DNA of 64,000 nt, taken from contig CAZAFA010000003.1 of NCBI GenBank assembly GCA_964484655.1, positions 28,147-92,146 of the forward strand. The letters run 5' to 3'. The notes under the pieces are model-generated. The model was given only the letters and a program-made list of their open reading frames with translations, ran no database searches and was not told the origin of the DNA. Shown piece after piece: positions 18,454-27,085 of the stretch. Both the position numbers and the translations under genes were made by a program. How positions within the stretch are numbered: position 1 is the first letter of the stretch; each line of letters starts with the position of its first letter. This DNA comes from an uncultured Candidatus Saccharibacteria bacterium. GTDB taxonomy: Bacteria; Patescibacteriota; Minisyncoccia; UBA6257; 2-01-FULL-56-20.

Positions 18454-19107
18454 TTACTTGGTGAGGGAATAGCGCTCGGCGATGACGGGCAGGGCCTTCT
18501 GGTCGACGAGGATGTTCTTGTAGTTGAGCAGATCGTAGACGTTGAGCGACACCGGGGAGACGATCTTCGCCTTCACGAGGTTGCGGCCGATGCGGGTCAC
18601 GGTCGTGTCCTCGGGGTTGCGCACGATCAGAACGTCCACTTTCTTATGGTTCTTCGGCAGCGCGAGGAACGAGGAGAGCCGCGCGAAGAGCTCCTTCGTC
18701 TTCGGGGTCTCGACCTCGAAGTCCGTCATGACCTTCAGCTCCTGATCGGCGAGCCGCTTGGAGAGGATGGACTTGATGGCGGTGCTGCGCATCTTGCTGT
18801 TGACCTTCTGCGAGTAGTCGCGGTCCTTGCGGGGGCCGTGGCTGACGCCGCCGCCGACCCAAATCGGGCTGCGGCGGGAGCCGTGGCGGGCGCGGCCGGT
18901 GCCCTTCTGCTGCCAGGGCTTGGCGCCGGTACCGGAGACCTCGCCGCGGTTCTTCACGTGCGCCCACGGGCGGCGGGCGTTCGCCTGCTGCGCGACGAGC
19001 ACCTGCTTGACCAGGGCCGGCTTCCACTCCGTGTCGAAGACGCCCTCGGGGAGGGAGACCTTCCCCTTGGGGTCGGCGGAGGCGAGGGAGTAGAGCTGTG
19101 CGTCCAT
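18454..19107 (-). CDS. rplD: 50S ribosomal protein L4
   Basis: Sequence and operon order. Confidence 0.9.
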   Translation of the reverse strand: MDAQLYSLASADPKGKVSLPEGVFDTEWKPALVKQVLVAQQANARRPWAHVKNRGEVSGTGAKPWQQKGTGRARHGSRRSPIWVGGGVSHGPRKDRDYSQKVNSKMRSTAIKSILSKRLADQELKVMTDFEVETPKTKELFARLSSFLALPKNHKKVDVLIVRNPEDTTVTRIGRNLVKAKIVSPVSLNVYDLLNYKNILVDQKALPVIAERYSLTK

Positions 19108-19653
19108 TTACTTCGTGATGAGGATGAGGGCGCCGCGAGCGCCAGGAACGGCGCCCTTGATGAGGATGAAGCGGCCGTCCGCGTCGACCTCGACGACCTT
19201 CAGGCCCTTGATGGTGTTCCGCTCGTTGCCCATGCGGCCGGCCATCTTGCGGCCCGGCACGACGCGCTGCGGCGCGGTGCTGCCGATGGAGCCCGGATGG
19301 CGCTGGCGGTTCTTCTGGCCATGGCTAGCCATGCCGACGCCCGCGAAGCCGTGGCGCTTGACCACGCCCTGGAAGCCGCGGCCCTTGGAGTAGCCGGTGA
19401 TCTTCACCTTGTCGCCGGGCTTGAACTCCTCCAGAGAAACAGGAGCGCCCACCTCGTAGGTGGACGCGTCCTCAATGCGGAACTCGCGCTTCGTCGTGCC
19501 GGCTACGAGCTGGATGGCGGAATAGCCGTCCTTCTCGACGGTGCGGACCTGCGAGACGGCGGTCTCGGGGATGTCGAGGCGGGTCACCGGGGTAACCTTA
19601 TCGCCGTCCCAGACCTGGGTCATCGCGACTTTGCGGGCGAGCAGGAAGCTCAT
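19108..19653 (-). CDS. rplC: 50S ribosomal protein L3
   Basis: MSFLLARKVAMTQVWDGDKVTPVT... Confidence 0.9.
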   Translation of the reverse strand: MSFLLARKVAMTQVWDGDKVTPVTRLDIPETAVSQVRTVEKDGYSAIQLVAGTTKREFRIEDASTYEVGAPVSLEEFKPGDKVKITGYSKGRGFQGVVKRHGFAGVGMASHGQKNRQRHPGSIGSTAPQRVVPGRKMAGRMGNERNTIKGLKVVEVDADGRFILIKGAVPGARGALILITK

Positions 19654-19837
19654 CGGGGTAAAAAAATAAGGTGTTCCTTACCTTGTGCGCCGAACGGGAC
19701 ACAAAATGCTCGGCAAGTGTAACCAGGGGTTCACGCATTGGCAAGAGGCTGGCTCCCAGAAAGGGGCGGGGATTCAACGATCCTTCTCCTCCCCGCCTGG
19801 CTGGCTTGGGCGATCGAATAGTTCGTCCGCTAACCAA

Positions 19838-19867
19838 GGAGAAGCCCCGCCTGCGCGGGGCTTCTCC
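19838..19867 (-). promoter_or_regulatory. Perfect 13-bp GC-rich hairpin (GGAGAAGCCCCGC-CUGC-GCGGGGCUUCUCC) inside an unusual 233-nt rpsJ-rplC spacer. Candidate attenuator or r-protein leader element.
   Basis: Inverted repeat read directly from the sequence. The rest of the S10 operon has intergenic gaps of 0-12 nt. Confidence 0.4.
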
Positions 19868-19886
19868 AGGACAGGGTCTCCCCTGC

Positions 19887-20210
19887 TCAGATCATCTTCA
19901 GCTCAACGTCCACGCCTGCAGGCAGGTTGAGGTTGCTGAGAGACTCGATGATCTTCGGGTTCGGGTTGAGAATGTCGACGAGCCGCTTATGCACGCGGAG
20001 CTCGAACTGCTCGCGCGAGTTCTTGTCGATGTTCTGCGCCCGGTTGACCGTGTACTTCCGCAGCGATACCGGCAGCGGGATCGGTCCCTTGAGGTCGGCT
20101 TCGTTACGCTCGGCAGTCTCGATGATCTGCTTGGCGGTGTTGTCGACGAGCTTGTGGTCGTACGACTGAATCCGGAGCCGGAGCTTGGGGCCTGCTGCCT
20201 CTTTCGCCAT
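19887..20210 (-). CDS. rpsJ: 30S ribosomal protein S10
   Basis: MAKEAAGPKLRLRIQSYDHKLVDNTAKQI... Confidence 0.9.
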   Translation of the reverse strand: MAKEAAGPKLRLRIQSYDHKLVDNTAKQIIETAERNEADLKGPIPLPVSLRKYTVNRAQNIDKNSREQFELRVHKRLVDILNPNPKIIESLSNLNLPAGVDVELKMI

Positions 20211-20212
20211 GG

Positions 20213-21409
20213 TTACTTGATGATCTTGGTGACGACACCTGCGCCGACCGTGCGACCACCCTCGCGGATGGCGAAGCGCTGCTTGTCCTCGAGCGCGATC
20301 GGGCTGATGAGCTTGACCGTGACGCCGTTGACGGAGTCTCCCGGCATGGCCATCTCGGTGCCCTCAGGCAGGAAGAGCTCGCCGGTCACGTCCGTGGTGC
20401 GGACGTAGAACTGCGGCTTGTAGCCCTTGAAGAACGGGGTGTGGCGGCCGCCCTCGTCCTTGGTGAGGACGATGATGTCGGCGGTGAACTCCGAGTGCGG
20501 GGTCACCGTGCCCGGCTTGGCGAGCACCTGGCCGCGCTCAACCTGCTCCTTCTTGAGGCCGCGGATGAGCAGGCCGGCGTTGTCGCCCGCCTGGCCCTGG
20601 TCGAGGCTCTTGTTGAACATCTCGACGCCCGTGACGACGGTCTTCTGGGTGTCGCGGAGGCCGACGATCTCGATCTCCTCGTTCACCTTGATGACGCCGC
20701 GCTCGATGCGGCCCGTGACGACGGTGCCGCGGCCTTCGATCGAGAAGATGTCCTCGACCGGCATGAGGAACGGCTTGTCGAGCTCGCGGACCGGGTCCGG
20801 GATGTACTCGTCGACCGCGTCCATGAGGTCCTTGATGGGCTTGACCGCTTCATCGTCAGCGCTGCCGGCCTCGAGGGCCTTGAGGGCGGAACCGCGGATG
20901 ACCGGGGTCTTCTCGCCGTCGTAGCCGTACTTGGTCAGGAGGTCGCGGATCTCCGCCTCGACGAGGTCGAGGAGATCGGCGTCGTCGACCATGTCGCACT
21001 TGTTCATGAATACGACGAGCGCAGGGACGCCGATCTGCTTCGCGAGCAGGATGTGCTCACGGGTCTGCGGCATCGGGCCGTCCGTCGCGGCGACCACGAG
21101 GATCGCGCCGTCCATCTGGGCGGCACCCGTGATCATGTTCTTGATGTAGTCCGCGTGGCCAGGGGCGTCTACGTGGGCGTAGTGGCGCTTGGCGGTCTCG
21201 TACTCCGAGTGGTGGAGCGAGATGGTGATACCGCGGGCCTTCTCCTCAGGCGCGCTGTCGATAGCGTTGACGTCCTCGGCCTTCTTGGCGAGGCCCATCT
21301 TGAAGAGCGTGTTGGTGATAGCGGCAGTAAGGGTCGTCTTCCCGTGATCGACGTGGCCGATCGTACCGATGTTGACGTGAGGCTTACTGCGCTCGAACTG
21401 GTCTGCCAT
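20213..21409 (-). CDS. tuf: Elongation factor Tu
   Basis: [23 protein letters not shown]-motifs. 398 aa. Confidence 0.95.
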   Translation of the reverse strand: MADQFERSKPHVNIGTIGHVDHGKTTLTAAITNTLFKMGLAKKAEDVNAIDSAPEEKARGITISLHHSEYETAKRHYAHVDAPGHADYIKNMITGAAQMDGAILVVAATDGPMPQTREHILLAKQIGVPALVVFMNKCDMVDDADLLDLVEAEIRDLLTKYGYDGEKTPVIRGSALKALEAGSADDEAVKPIKDLMDAVDEYIPDPVRELDKPFLMPVEDIFSIEGRGTVVTGRIERGVIKVNEEIEIVGLRDTQKTVVTGVEMFNKSLDQGQAGDNAGLLIRGLKKEQVERGQVLAKPGTVTPHSEFTADIIVLTKDEGGRHTPFFKGYKPQFYVRTTDVTGELFLPEGTEMAMPGDSVNGVTVKLISPIALEDKQRFAIREGGRTVGAGVVTKIIK

Positions 21410-21487
21410 GGGTGTTCGAGTGGTAGTTGGTGATTGTTGTACGACTTAGGGAATAAGCGGCTTTCTAAAGCGGAGTTATAGTACGCG

Positions 21488-21946
21488 TCAAGCCGCCGGG
21501 GTGTCAACGTGGCGAGGCCGCATGCGCGCGCGGATGGCCGCCTCTACCTCGTGGCAGTCCCTGATTCCCGGGAAGACGATCTCCTTGGTATGGCCGCCCG
21601 CCGTGTTGATATGGAGGGTGCCGATGCCAAGCAGCCGCTCCACGAGGCTCTGGCTCACCTGGGTGTCCTGGATGCTCTCATACTCGGCGAACGTCTGGCT
21701 CGTCGAGAGCAGACGGTATTCCCGGGCGATGCCGTGCTCGTAGAGCGCGAGCCGATCAGCCCTGCGGACCACCTCGAGCATGATCAGGCCGACCGCTACC
21801 GCGGCCACGAGGAAGAGACCGAACCAGATGTTGAAATAGAAGCCTACCAGCGAGAGCAGCGCGACGAACGCCAGTCCCGCGTAGCCGCCTACATGGACCG
21901 CCGGACTCGCGTAGATGGCGCGGAGCGGGGCCTCATGCTGGTCCAT
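21488..21946 (-). CDS. Membrane protein with a bacterial PH (YdbS/YdbT-like) domain, inserted between fusA and tuf
   Basis: Two TM helices followed by a bPH-like region (...YRLLSTSQTFAEYESIQDTQVSQSLVERLLGIGTLHINTAGGHTKEIVFPGI...). Confidence 0.55.
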   Translation of the reverse strand: MDQHEAPLRAIYASPAVHVGGYAGLAFVALLSLVGFYFNIWFGLFLVAAVAVGLIMLEVVRRADRLALYEHGIAREYRLLSTSQTFAEYESIQDTQVSQSLVERLLGIGTLHINTAGGHTKEIVFPGIRDCHEVEAAIRARMRPRHVDTPAA

Positions 21947-21950
21947 GGCT

Positions 21951-24050
21951 TTAGCGGCGATCCGCGACGATGGAGGCCTCGATGTTCTTCGGCACCTCCT
22001 CGTAGTGGTCGAACTCCATGGTCGGCGCGCCGCGGCCCTGCGTGATGGAGCGGAGCTTCGTGATGTAGCCGAAGAGCTCGGAGAGCGGCACGAAGGCGTT
22101 GATCACCTTGATCATGCCGCGATCCTCGATCGAGTCCACCCGGCCGCGCTTGCCGGAGATGTCGCCGGTGACGTCGCCCATGAACTCCTGAGGAGCGCTG
22201 ACCTGCAGCTTCATGATCGGCTCGAGGAGAGCAGGATTGGCCTTCTTGGCCGCCTCCTGGAACGCCATCGAGCCGGCCATCTTGAACGCCATCTCGGACG
22301 AGTCGACGTCGTGGTAGCTGCCGTCGTAGAGGTCCACCGCGATGTCGACCATCGGGAATCCTGCGATGACGCCCCGGTCCATGGCCTCCTTCACGCCCTT
22401 CTCGATCGGGTTGATGAATTCCTGCGGGATGGCGCCGCCCTTCACGGAGTTCGTGAAGACGAAGCCGGAGCCCGGCTCGCCCGGCTTGATGCGGATCTTC
22501 GCATGGCCGTACTGGCCGCGGCCGCCGGACTGCTTGACGTATTTCCCGTCCCCTTCCGCCTCGGCGCGGATGGTCTCCTTGTACGCCACCTGCGGGCGGC
22601 CGACGTTGGCCTCGACGGAGAACTCGTCCTTCATGCGGCGCACGAGCACCTCGAGGTGCAGCTCGCCCATGCCCGCGATGAGCGTCTCGCCCGAATCCGG
22701 GTCCGAGGATACGCGGAAGGTCGGGTCCTCGTCCGCGAGGCGGCGGAGCGCGCCTCCCATCTTCTCCTGGTCAGCCTTGGTCTTCGGCTCGATCTTGATG
22801 GAGATGACCGGCTCCGGCGCGTCGATGCCGTCGAGGACGATCGGATGGGCCGGGTCGCAGAGCGTGTTGCCGGTCGTCGTGACTTTCATGCCCACGAGCG
22901 CGGCAATCTCGCCCGCGTACACCTCGCTGACCTCCTCGCGGTTGTTCGCGTGCATGCGCACGATGCGGCTCACGCGCTCCTGCTCCTCCTTGGTGGAGTT
23001 GAGGATGTACGAGCCCGTCTTGAGCGTGCCCGAGTAGACGCGGAAGAAGCAGAGGGAGCCGACGTACGGGTCGGTGGCGATCTTGAACGCGAGGCCGGTA
23101 AACGGCGCCTTGTCGTCGGTGGCACGCGTCACCTCCTGGTCGGTCTTCGGGTCCATGCCGACTACCGGCGGGATGTCGAGCGGGCTCGGCAGGTACTTGA
23201 TGACCGCGTCGAGCACGAGCTGCACGCCCTTGTTCTTGAGAGCCGAGCCGCAGAAGACCGGGACGATCTCGTTGGCGATGACGCCCTTGCGCAGCGCCTT
23301 GACGAGCGCCTCGTACGGGAGCTCCTCGCCGCCGAGGTACTTCTCCATGAGCGCCTCGTCCTGCTCGACGATCTTCTCGACGAGCATCTGGCGCCGGCGC
23401 TCCGCCTCCTCCTTGAGGTCAGCCGGGATCTCGAGGTCGACGATCTTCTCGCCGTTGTCCCCCTCGAAGCCGTACGCCTTCATCTTGAGCAGGTCGATCA
23501 CGCCCTTGTGGTCGGACTCGAGACCGATCGGCAGCTGCGCCATGACCGCGTTCTTGGTCAGGCGCTCGGTGATGGAGTCGAAGCTGCGCTCGAAGCTCGC
23601 GCCCATGCGGTCGAGCTTGTTGATGAAGCAGATGCGCGGGACGCGGTAGTCGTCCGCGTAGCGCCAGTTCGTCTCGGACTGCGGCTCGACGCCCGCGACG
23701 CCGTCGAAGACGGAGACGCCGCCGTCGAGGACGCGCAGTGAGCGCTTCACCTCGATGGTGAAGTCCACGTGGCCCGGCGTGTCGATGAGGTTGATGCGGT
23801 GCTCGTTTTCCTTGCCCGGCGCGTCGGTCGGGGTCCAGAACGCGGTCGTCGCCGCGGACGTGATGGTGATGCCGCGCTCCTGCTCCTGGGTCATCCAATC
23901 CATCGTGGCCGCGCCCTCGTGCACCTCGCCGATCTTATGGCTGACGCCGGTGTAGTAGAGGATGCGCTCGGAGACCGTGGTCTTTCCGGCGTCGATGTGC
24001 GCGAAGATGCCGATGTTGCGGATTTTCTCGAGAGGATGGGATCGAGGCAT
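21951..24050 (-). CDS. fusA: Elongation factor G
   Basis: 699 aa. [21 protein letters not shown] motifs. Confidence 0.95.
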   Translation of the reverse strand: MPRSHPLEKIRNIGIFAHIDAGKTTVSERILYYTGVSHKIGEVHEGAATMDWMTQEQERGITITSAATTAFWTPTDAPGKENEHRINLIDTPGHVDFTIEVKRSLRVLDGGVSVFDGVAGVEPQSETNWRYADDYRVPRICFINKLDRMGASFERSFDSITERLTKNAVMAQLPIGLESDHKGVIDLLKMKAYGFEGDNGEKIVDLEIPADLKEEAERRRQMLVEKIVEQDEALMEKYLGGEELPYEALVKALRKGVIANEIVPVFCGSALKNKGVQLVLDAVIKYLPSPLDIPPVVGMDPKTDQEVTRATDDKAPFTGLAFKIATDPYVGSLCFFRVYSGTLKTGSYILNSTKEEQERVSRIVRMHANNREEVSEVYAGEIAALVGMKVTTTGNTLCDPAHPIVLDGIDAPEPVISIKIEPKTKADQEKMGGALRRLADEDPTFRVSSDPDSGETLIAGMGELHLEVLVRRMKDEFSVEANVGRPQVAYKETIRAEAEGDGKYVKQSGGRGQYGHAKIRIKPGEPGSGFVFTNSVKGGAIPQEFINPIEKGVKEAMDRGVIAGFPMVDIAVDLYDGSYHDVDSSEMAFKMAGSMAFQEAAKKANPALLEPIMKLQVSAPQEFMGDVTGDISGKRGRVDSIEDRGMIKVINAFVPLSELFGYITKLRSITQGRGAPTMEFDHYEEVPKNIEASIVADRR

Positions 24051-24083
24051 ATAGGAGGTACGGGTTGATGCGGGTGCCGCTGC

Positions 24084-24551
24084 CTAGCGGGCGAAGTGGG
24101 CGAAGGCGCGGTTCGCCTCGGCCATGCGGTGCATGTCCTGCTTCTTCTTGATGGCGGCGCCGTCGTTGTTGGCCGCCGCGACGAGCTCGTCGGCGAGCTT
24201 GCGGGACATGGGCTTGCCGCTCTTCTTGCGAGCGGAATCGATGATCCAGCGGATCGCGAGCATGAAGCGGCGCGCCGGTCGCACCTCGCGGGGCACCTGG
24301 TAGTTGGCGCCGCCGACGCGGCGGGAAGCCACCTCGAGGAGCGGGCTGGCGTTCTCGATCGCCTTCTCGAAGACCTCCACCGGCTCCTGGCCGGTCTCGC
24401 TCTTCACGAGCTCGAAGGCGTCGTAGACGACCTTCTCGGCGACCGACTTCTTGCCGTCGTGCATGACGGCGTTGATGAAGCGGCCGATGTCGACCCGGTC
24501 GTAGACCTGGTCAGGGGTGTGGAACTTCTTGTAGACGCGGTTGCGACGCAT
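24084..24551 (-). CDS. rpsG: 30S ribosomal protein S7
   Basis: Sequence and str-operon order. Confidence 0.9.
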   Translation of the reverse strand: MRRNRVYKKFHTPDQVYDRVDIGRFINAVMHDGKKSVAEKVVYDAFELVKSETGQEPVEVFEKAIENASPLLEVASRRVGGANYQVPREVRPARRFMLAIRWIIDSARKKSGKPMSRKLADELVAAANNDGAAIKKKQDMHRMAEANRAFAHFAR

Positions 24552-24557
24552 TGGATT

Positions 24558-24977
24558 TTACTTGGCGGCCTTCGGGCGCTTCGCGCCGTACTTGGAGCGG
24601 CCCTGCTTGCGGTCGGTGACGCCGGCCGTGTCGAGCACGCCGCGGACGACGTGATAGCGGACGCCCGGGAGGTCCTTCACGCGGCCGCCGCGGATCATCA
24701 CGATGGAGTGCTCCTGGAGGTTGTGCTTCTCGCCGCCGATGTACGCCGTCACTTCGGTGCCGTTGCTCAGGCGGATGCGCGCGACCTTGCGGAGCGCGGA
24801 GTTCGGCTTCTTCGGGGTCTGGGTGAAAACCTTCACGCAGACGCCGCGCTTGAACGGCGCGGCGCCGTACACCGGCTTGTTATGGATGGTGTTGAAGTAG
24901 AAGCCGAAAGCAGGCGACTTGGTCTTCGCCTTCGCGGTCGTCCGCGACTTCTTGATGAGCTGATTGAGGGTCGGCAT
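24558..24977 (-). CDS. rpsL: 30S ribosomal protein S12
   Basis: [24 protein letters not shown]...[19 protein letters not shown]... Confidence 0.9.
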   Translation of the reverse strand: MPTLNQLIKKSRTTAKAKTKSPAFGFYFNTIHNKPVYGAAPFKRGVCVKVFTQTPKKPNSALRKVARIRLSNGTEVTAYIGGEKHNLQEHSIVMIRGGRVKDLPGVRYHVVRGVLDTAGVTDRKQGRSKYGAKRPKAAK

Positions 24978-24990
24978 TAGTGCCCGGGCA

Positions 24991-25019
24991 TTCTGCCTAG
25001 CATTTACGAGGCCGTCAAC
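24991..25019 (-). promoter_or_regulatory. Candidate promoter of the str operon: TTGACG-17 nt-CAGAAT on the minus strand, overlapping the stop of the upstream M50 protease gene
   Basis: Hexamers read from the minus strand, 12 nt upstream of the rpsL ATG. Confidence 0.3.
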
Positions 25020-25635
25020 CGCCGAGGGGCAGGCCGGTCACCAGCCCGACCAGGAACGCGATCGCCTGGTAGAGCGCGCCGCCGGCGACGTAGAGCAGGA
25101 GGAAGACGACGAGGATGCCGCTGAACCCGATTCCCTCGAACCAGCGGTCGAGACGCGGCGAGAACAGGCCGACCAGCTTGCTGCCGTCGAGGGGCGGGAT
25201 CGGGATGAGATTGAACAGCCCGAGTGACGCGTTCACGAACGCGACGAGCACGAACCCGGCAACGAGGTCGCCGTCGAGCCTCCCGTACGAGAAACGCGCC
25301 GCGAGGCCGAATATCACCAGCAAAGCGAGGTTGGTCAGCGGTCCGGCAAGCGCTACCTTCAGCGGGCCCCATTGCCGGTCCTTCCAGAGGTTTGCCGGAT
25401 TATAGGGAACGGGCTTCGCCCACCCGATGATCGGCACCTGCGTGATCGCGCCGATGATCGGCAGGAGCACGGAGCCGATCGGATCGAGGTGCGGGATAGG
25501 ATTGAGCGTCAGGCGGCCGGCGCGCTCGGCGGTATCGTCGCCGAGCATGCGCGCGGCGTAGCCGTGCGCGACCTCGTGCAGGACCACGGAGAAGACCGAG
25601 ACCGCGACGAGCAGGATGATGACGGAGACGTCCAT
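25015..25635 (-). CDS. Site-2 protease family zinc metalloprotease (peptidase M50)
   Basis: HEVAHG (HExxH) in TM1 and [10 protein letters not shown] in a later TM. 206 aa polytopic. Confidence 0.75.
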   Translation of the reverse strand: MDVSVIILLVAVSVFSVVLHEVAHGYAARMLGDDTAERAGRLTLNPIPHLDPIGSVLLPIIGAITQVPIIGWAKPVPYNPANLWKDRQWGPLKVALAGPLTNLALLVIFGLAARFSYGRLDGDLVAGFVLVAFVNASLGLFNLIPIPPLDGSKLVGLFSPRLDRWFEGIGFSGILVVFLLLYVAGGALYQAIAFLVGLVTGLPLGG

Positions 25636-25697
25636 GGACTGCAGTATACCCTCACTCCGGACGCATGCGGATGATCCGGTTTACACTATGGCTGTCC

Positions 25698-25769
25698 GCT
25701 CCTGTGGTGAAACGGATATCACAACGGTCTTCGGAACCGTCGTTGGGGGTTCGAATCCCTCCGGGAGCA
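25698..25769 (+). tRNA. trnR: tRNA-Arg (anticodon UCG)
   Basis: GCTCCTG...CGGGAGC acceptor, D-stem GTGA/TCAC, anticodon stem ACGGT/ACCGT with loop CUUCGGA, T-loop GGGGGTTCGAATCCCTC. No encoded CCA. Confidence 0.7.
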
Positions 25770-25865
25770 CACTTGACCGACGCATTTAAAATGGCGAAAA
25801 TGGGACTTAGGCCATCCGGCCATCTCCCTGAAAGACCAATACTGAAGATAAGGAGGGCTTCGCCT

Positions 25866-26549
25866 ATGAAGCACAATCAGCCGCCACGGCGTTACGAATT
25901 CGCCGGCGGCACCGTCTCCGGCATCACGAGAACGGACATCTACGTTCTCATGGATGACGGCACCGTCGTCCGCTCGCTCCCGATACAAGGGAAGCCGCCA
26001 TTCCGGCTTGCTGAAGGGATGCGCGTAACCTGCTCGTGGTATTGCCGCAGGAACGACGGGAGGATCATCCTCGATCCGACCGCCATCGAACCGTCCGACT
26101 ACTGGAGCCGCGCCCAGAAGCGCGTCACCAGGTTTCCCGAGCACGCATACACGCTCGGAAAGATCTGCGAGCCGTTCTTCGCCGAAGCGCTCGAGAAGCA
26201 CGGCGTCCGCGCCCACCAGGCGTCCATCTACGAGGACGAGTGCCTCCACGTGGATGTCTGGGTATTCCTCCGGATAGACGGCGTGTGGGACTGGTTCCCG
26301 CTCGACCTGACGCTCCGGAAGGTGCACGGGCCAGGATGCTCCGACAAGCTCGAGCGCGGCAAGCGCTACGGGGTCATCCCGCTGCAGATCACGTCTGAAA
26401 TCATTGACAGCGGAGCGACCATCGTTCCCTGGACCATCAAGAACGTCCTAGGCACCCTGCGGGGACCGCTCAAGGACATCGAACTCGTCTCCAGGCGCGC
26501 GGCCCTCATGCTCGAGGATTCCGTGCAGCCTGATCGCGTAACCATCTGA
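25866..26549 (+). CDS. Hypothetical protein (227 aa) in a lower-GC islet flanked by tRNA genes
   Basis: ORF 25665..26549 trimmed to the ATG at 25866, preceded by AAGGAGGG. No recognisable domain. Several Cys, His, Asp and Glu clusters. Confidence 0.5.
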   Translation: MKHNQPPRRYEFAGGTVSGITRTDIYVLMDDGTVVRSLPIQGKPPFRLAEGMRVTCSWYCRRNDGRIILDPTAIEPSDYWSRAQKRVTRFPEHAYTLGKICEPFFAEALEKHGVRAHQASIYEDECLHVDVWVFLRIDGVWDWFPLDLTLRKVHGPGCSDKLERGKRYGVIPLQITSEIIDSGATIVPWTIKNVLGTLRGPLKDIELVSRRAALMLEDSVQPDRVTI

Positions 26550-26601
26550 CCTAAGGCGGCCTCGGCCGCCTTAGCCCTTTGTAGGGGTATACTTATCCTC
26601 G

Positions 26602-26898
26602 ATGCATCACGGTTCCCACCACCTCGCGCGACGGCTGCGCGAATCGCCGAGCCTGTTCGACCGCTTCATGCTCGGAGTCAGCATCGCGGCGGCCTTCATG
26701 ACCCTGCCCCAGATCCTGGCAATCTGGCGCGACGGAGGGTCAGGCGTCTCGCTGGCATCATGGCTCGCGTACGCCCTCCACTCCTCACTGTGGCTCGTCT
26801 ACGGCATCAAGCATCGCGAGCGGACGCTCATCCTCGCGAACACGGTCTGGACCGCCATGAACCTCGTGGTCGTCGGCAGCGTCCTCGCGCTCCGTTGA
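26602..26898 (+). CDS. SemiSWEET-like PQ-loop sugar transporter (3-TM, about 77-98 aa). The true start is possibly ATG at 26668.
   Basis: MLGVSIAAAFMTLPQILAIW...SLASWLAYALHSSLWLVYGI...TLILANTVWTAMNLVVVGSVLAL matches the PQ motif and the W...Y pattern of the SemiSWEET triple-helix bundle. Confidence 0.55.
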   Translation: MHHGSHHLARRLRESPSLFDRFMLGVSIAAAFMTLPQILAIWRDGGSGVSLASWLAYALHSSLWLVYGIKHRERTLILANTVWTAMNLVVVGSVLALR

Positions 26899-26944
26899 CG
26901 GAGTTGCGCGCTTCCCGTCTGGAGGCATACAATCCCCCACGTCA

Positions 26945-27017
26945 GCCTCTATAGCTCAGTTGGTAGAGCAGCTCCCTCTTAAGGAGACGGTCCTAGGTTC
27001 GAGCCCTAGTGGAGGCA
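26945..27017 (+). tRNA. trnK: tRNA-Lys (anticodon CUU)
   Basis: GCCTCTA...TGGAGGC acceptor, D-arm GCTCAGTTGGTAGAGC, anticodon loop CUCUUAA, T-arm CTAGGTTCGAGCCCTAG. No encoded CCA. Confidence 0.75.
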
Positions 27018-27023
27018 CAGCGA

Positions 27024-27057
27024 GACAGAACGGGCGCCTGAAGGCGCCCGTTCTGTC
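27024..27057 (+). terminator. Perfect 15-bp hairpin GACAGAACGGGCGCC-UGAA-GGCGCCCGUUCUGUC immediately after tRNA-Lys
   Basis: Inverted repeat read directly from the sequence. No U-tract. Confidence 0.45.
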
Positions 27058-27085
27058 CTACCAGGGCGCGCGGTACACTCAGGGC

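Noticed and set aside
19654-19886. SRP (4.5S) RNA or another known ncRNA in the rpsJ-rplC spacer.
   Set aside because: The conserved SRP domain-IV motif (GGAAGCAGCC...AGG) is absent on both strands. I kept the region only as an unexplained structured spacer.
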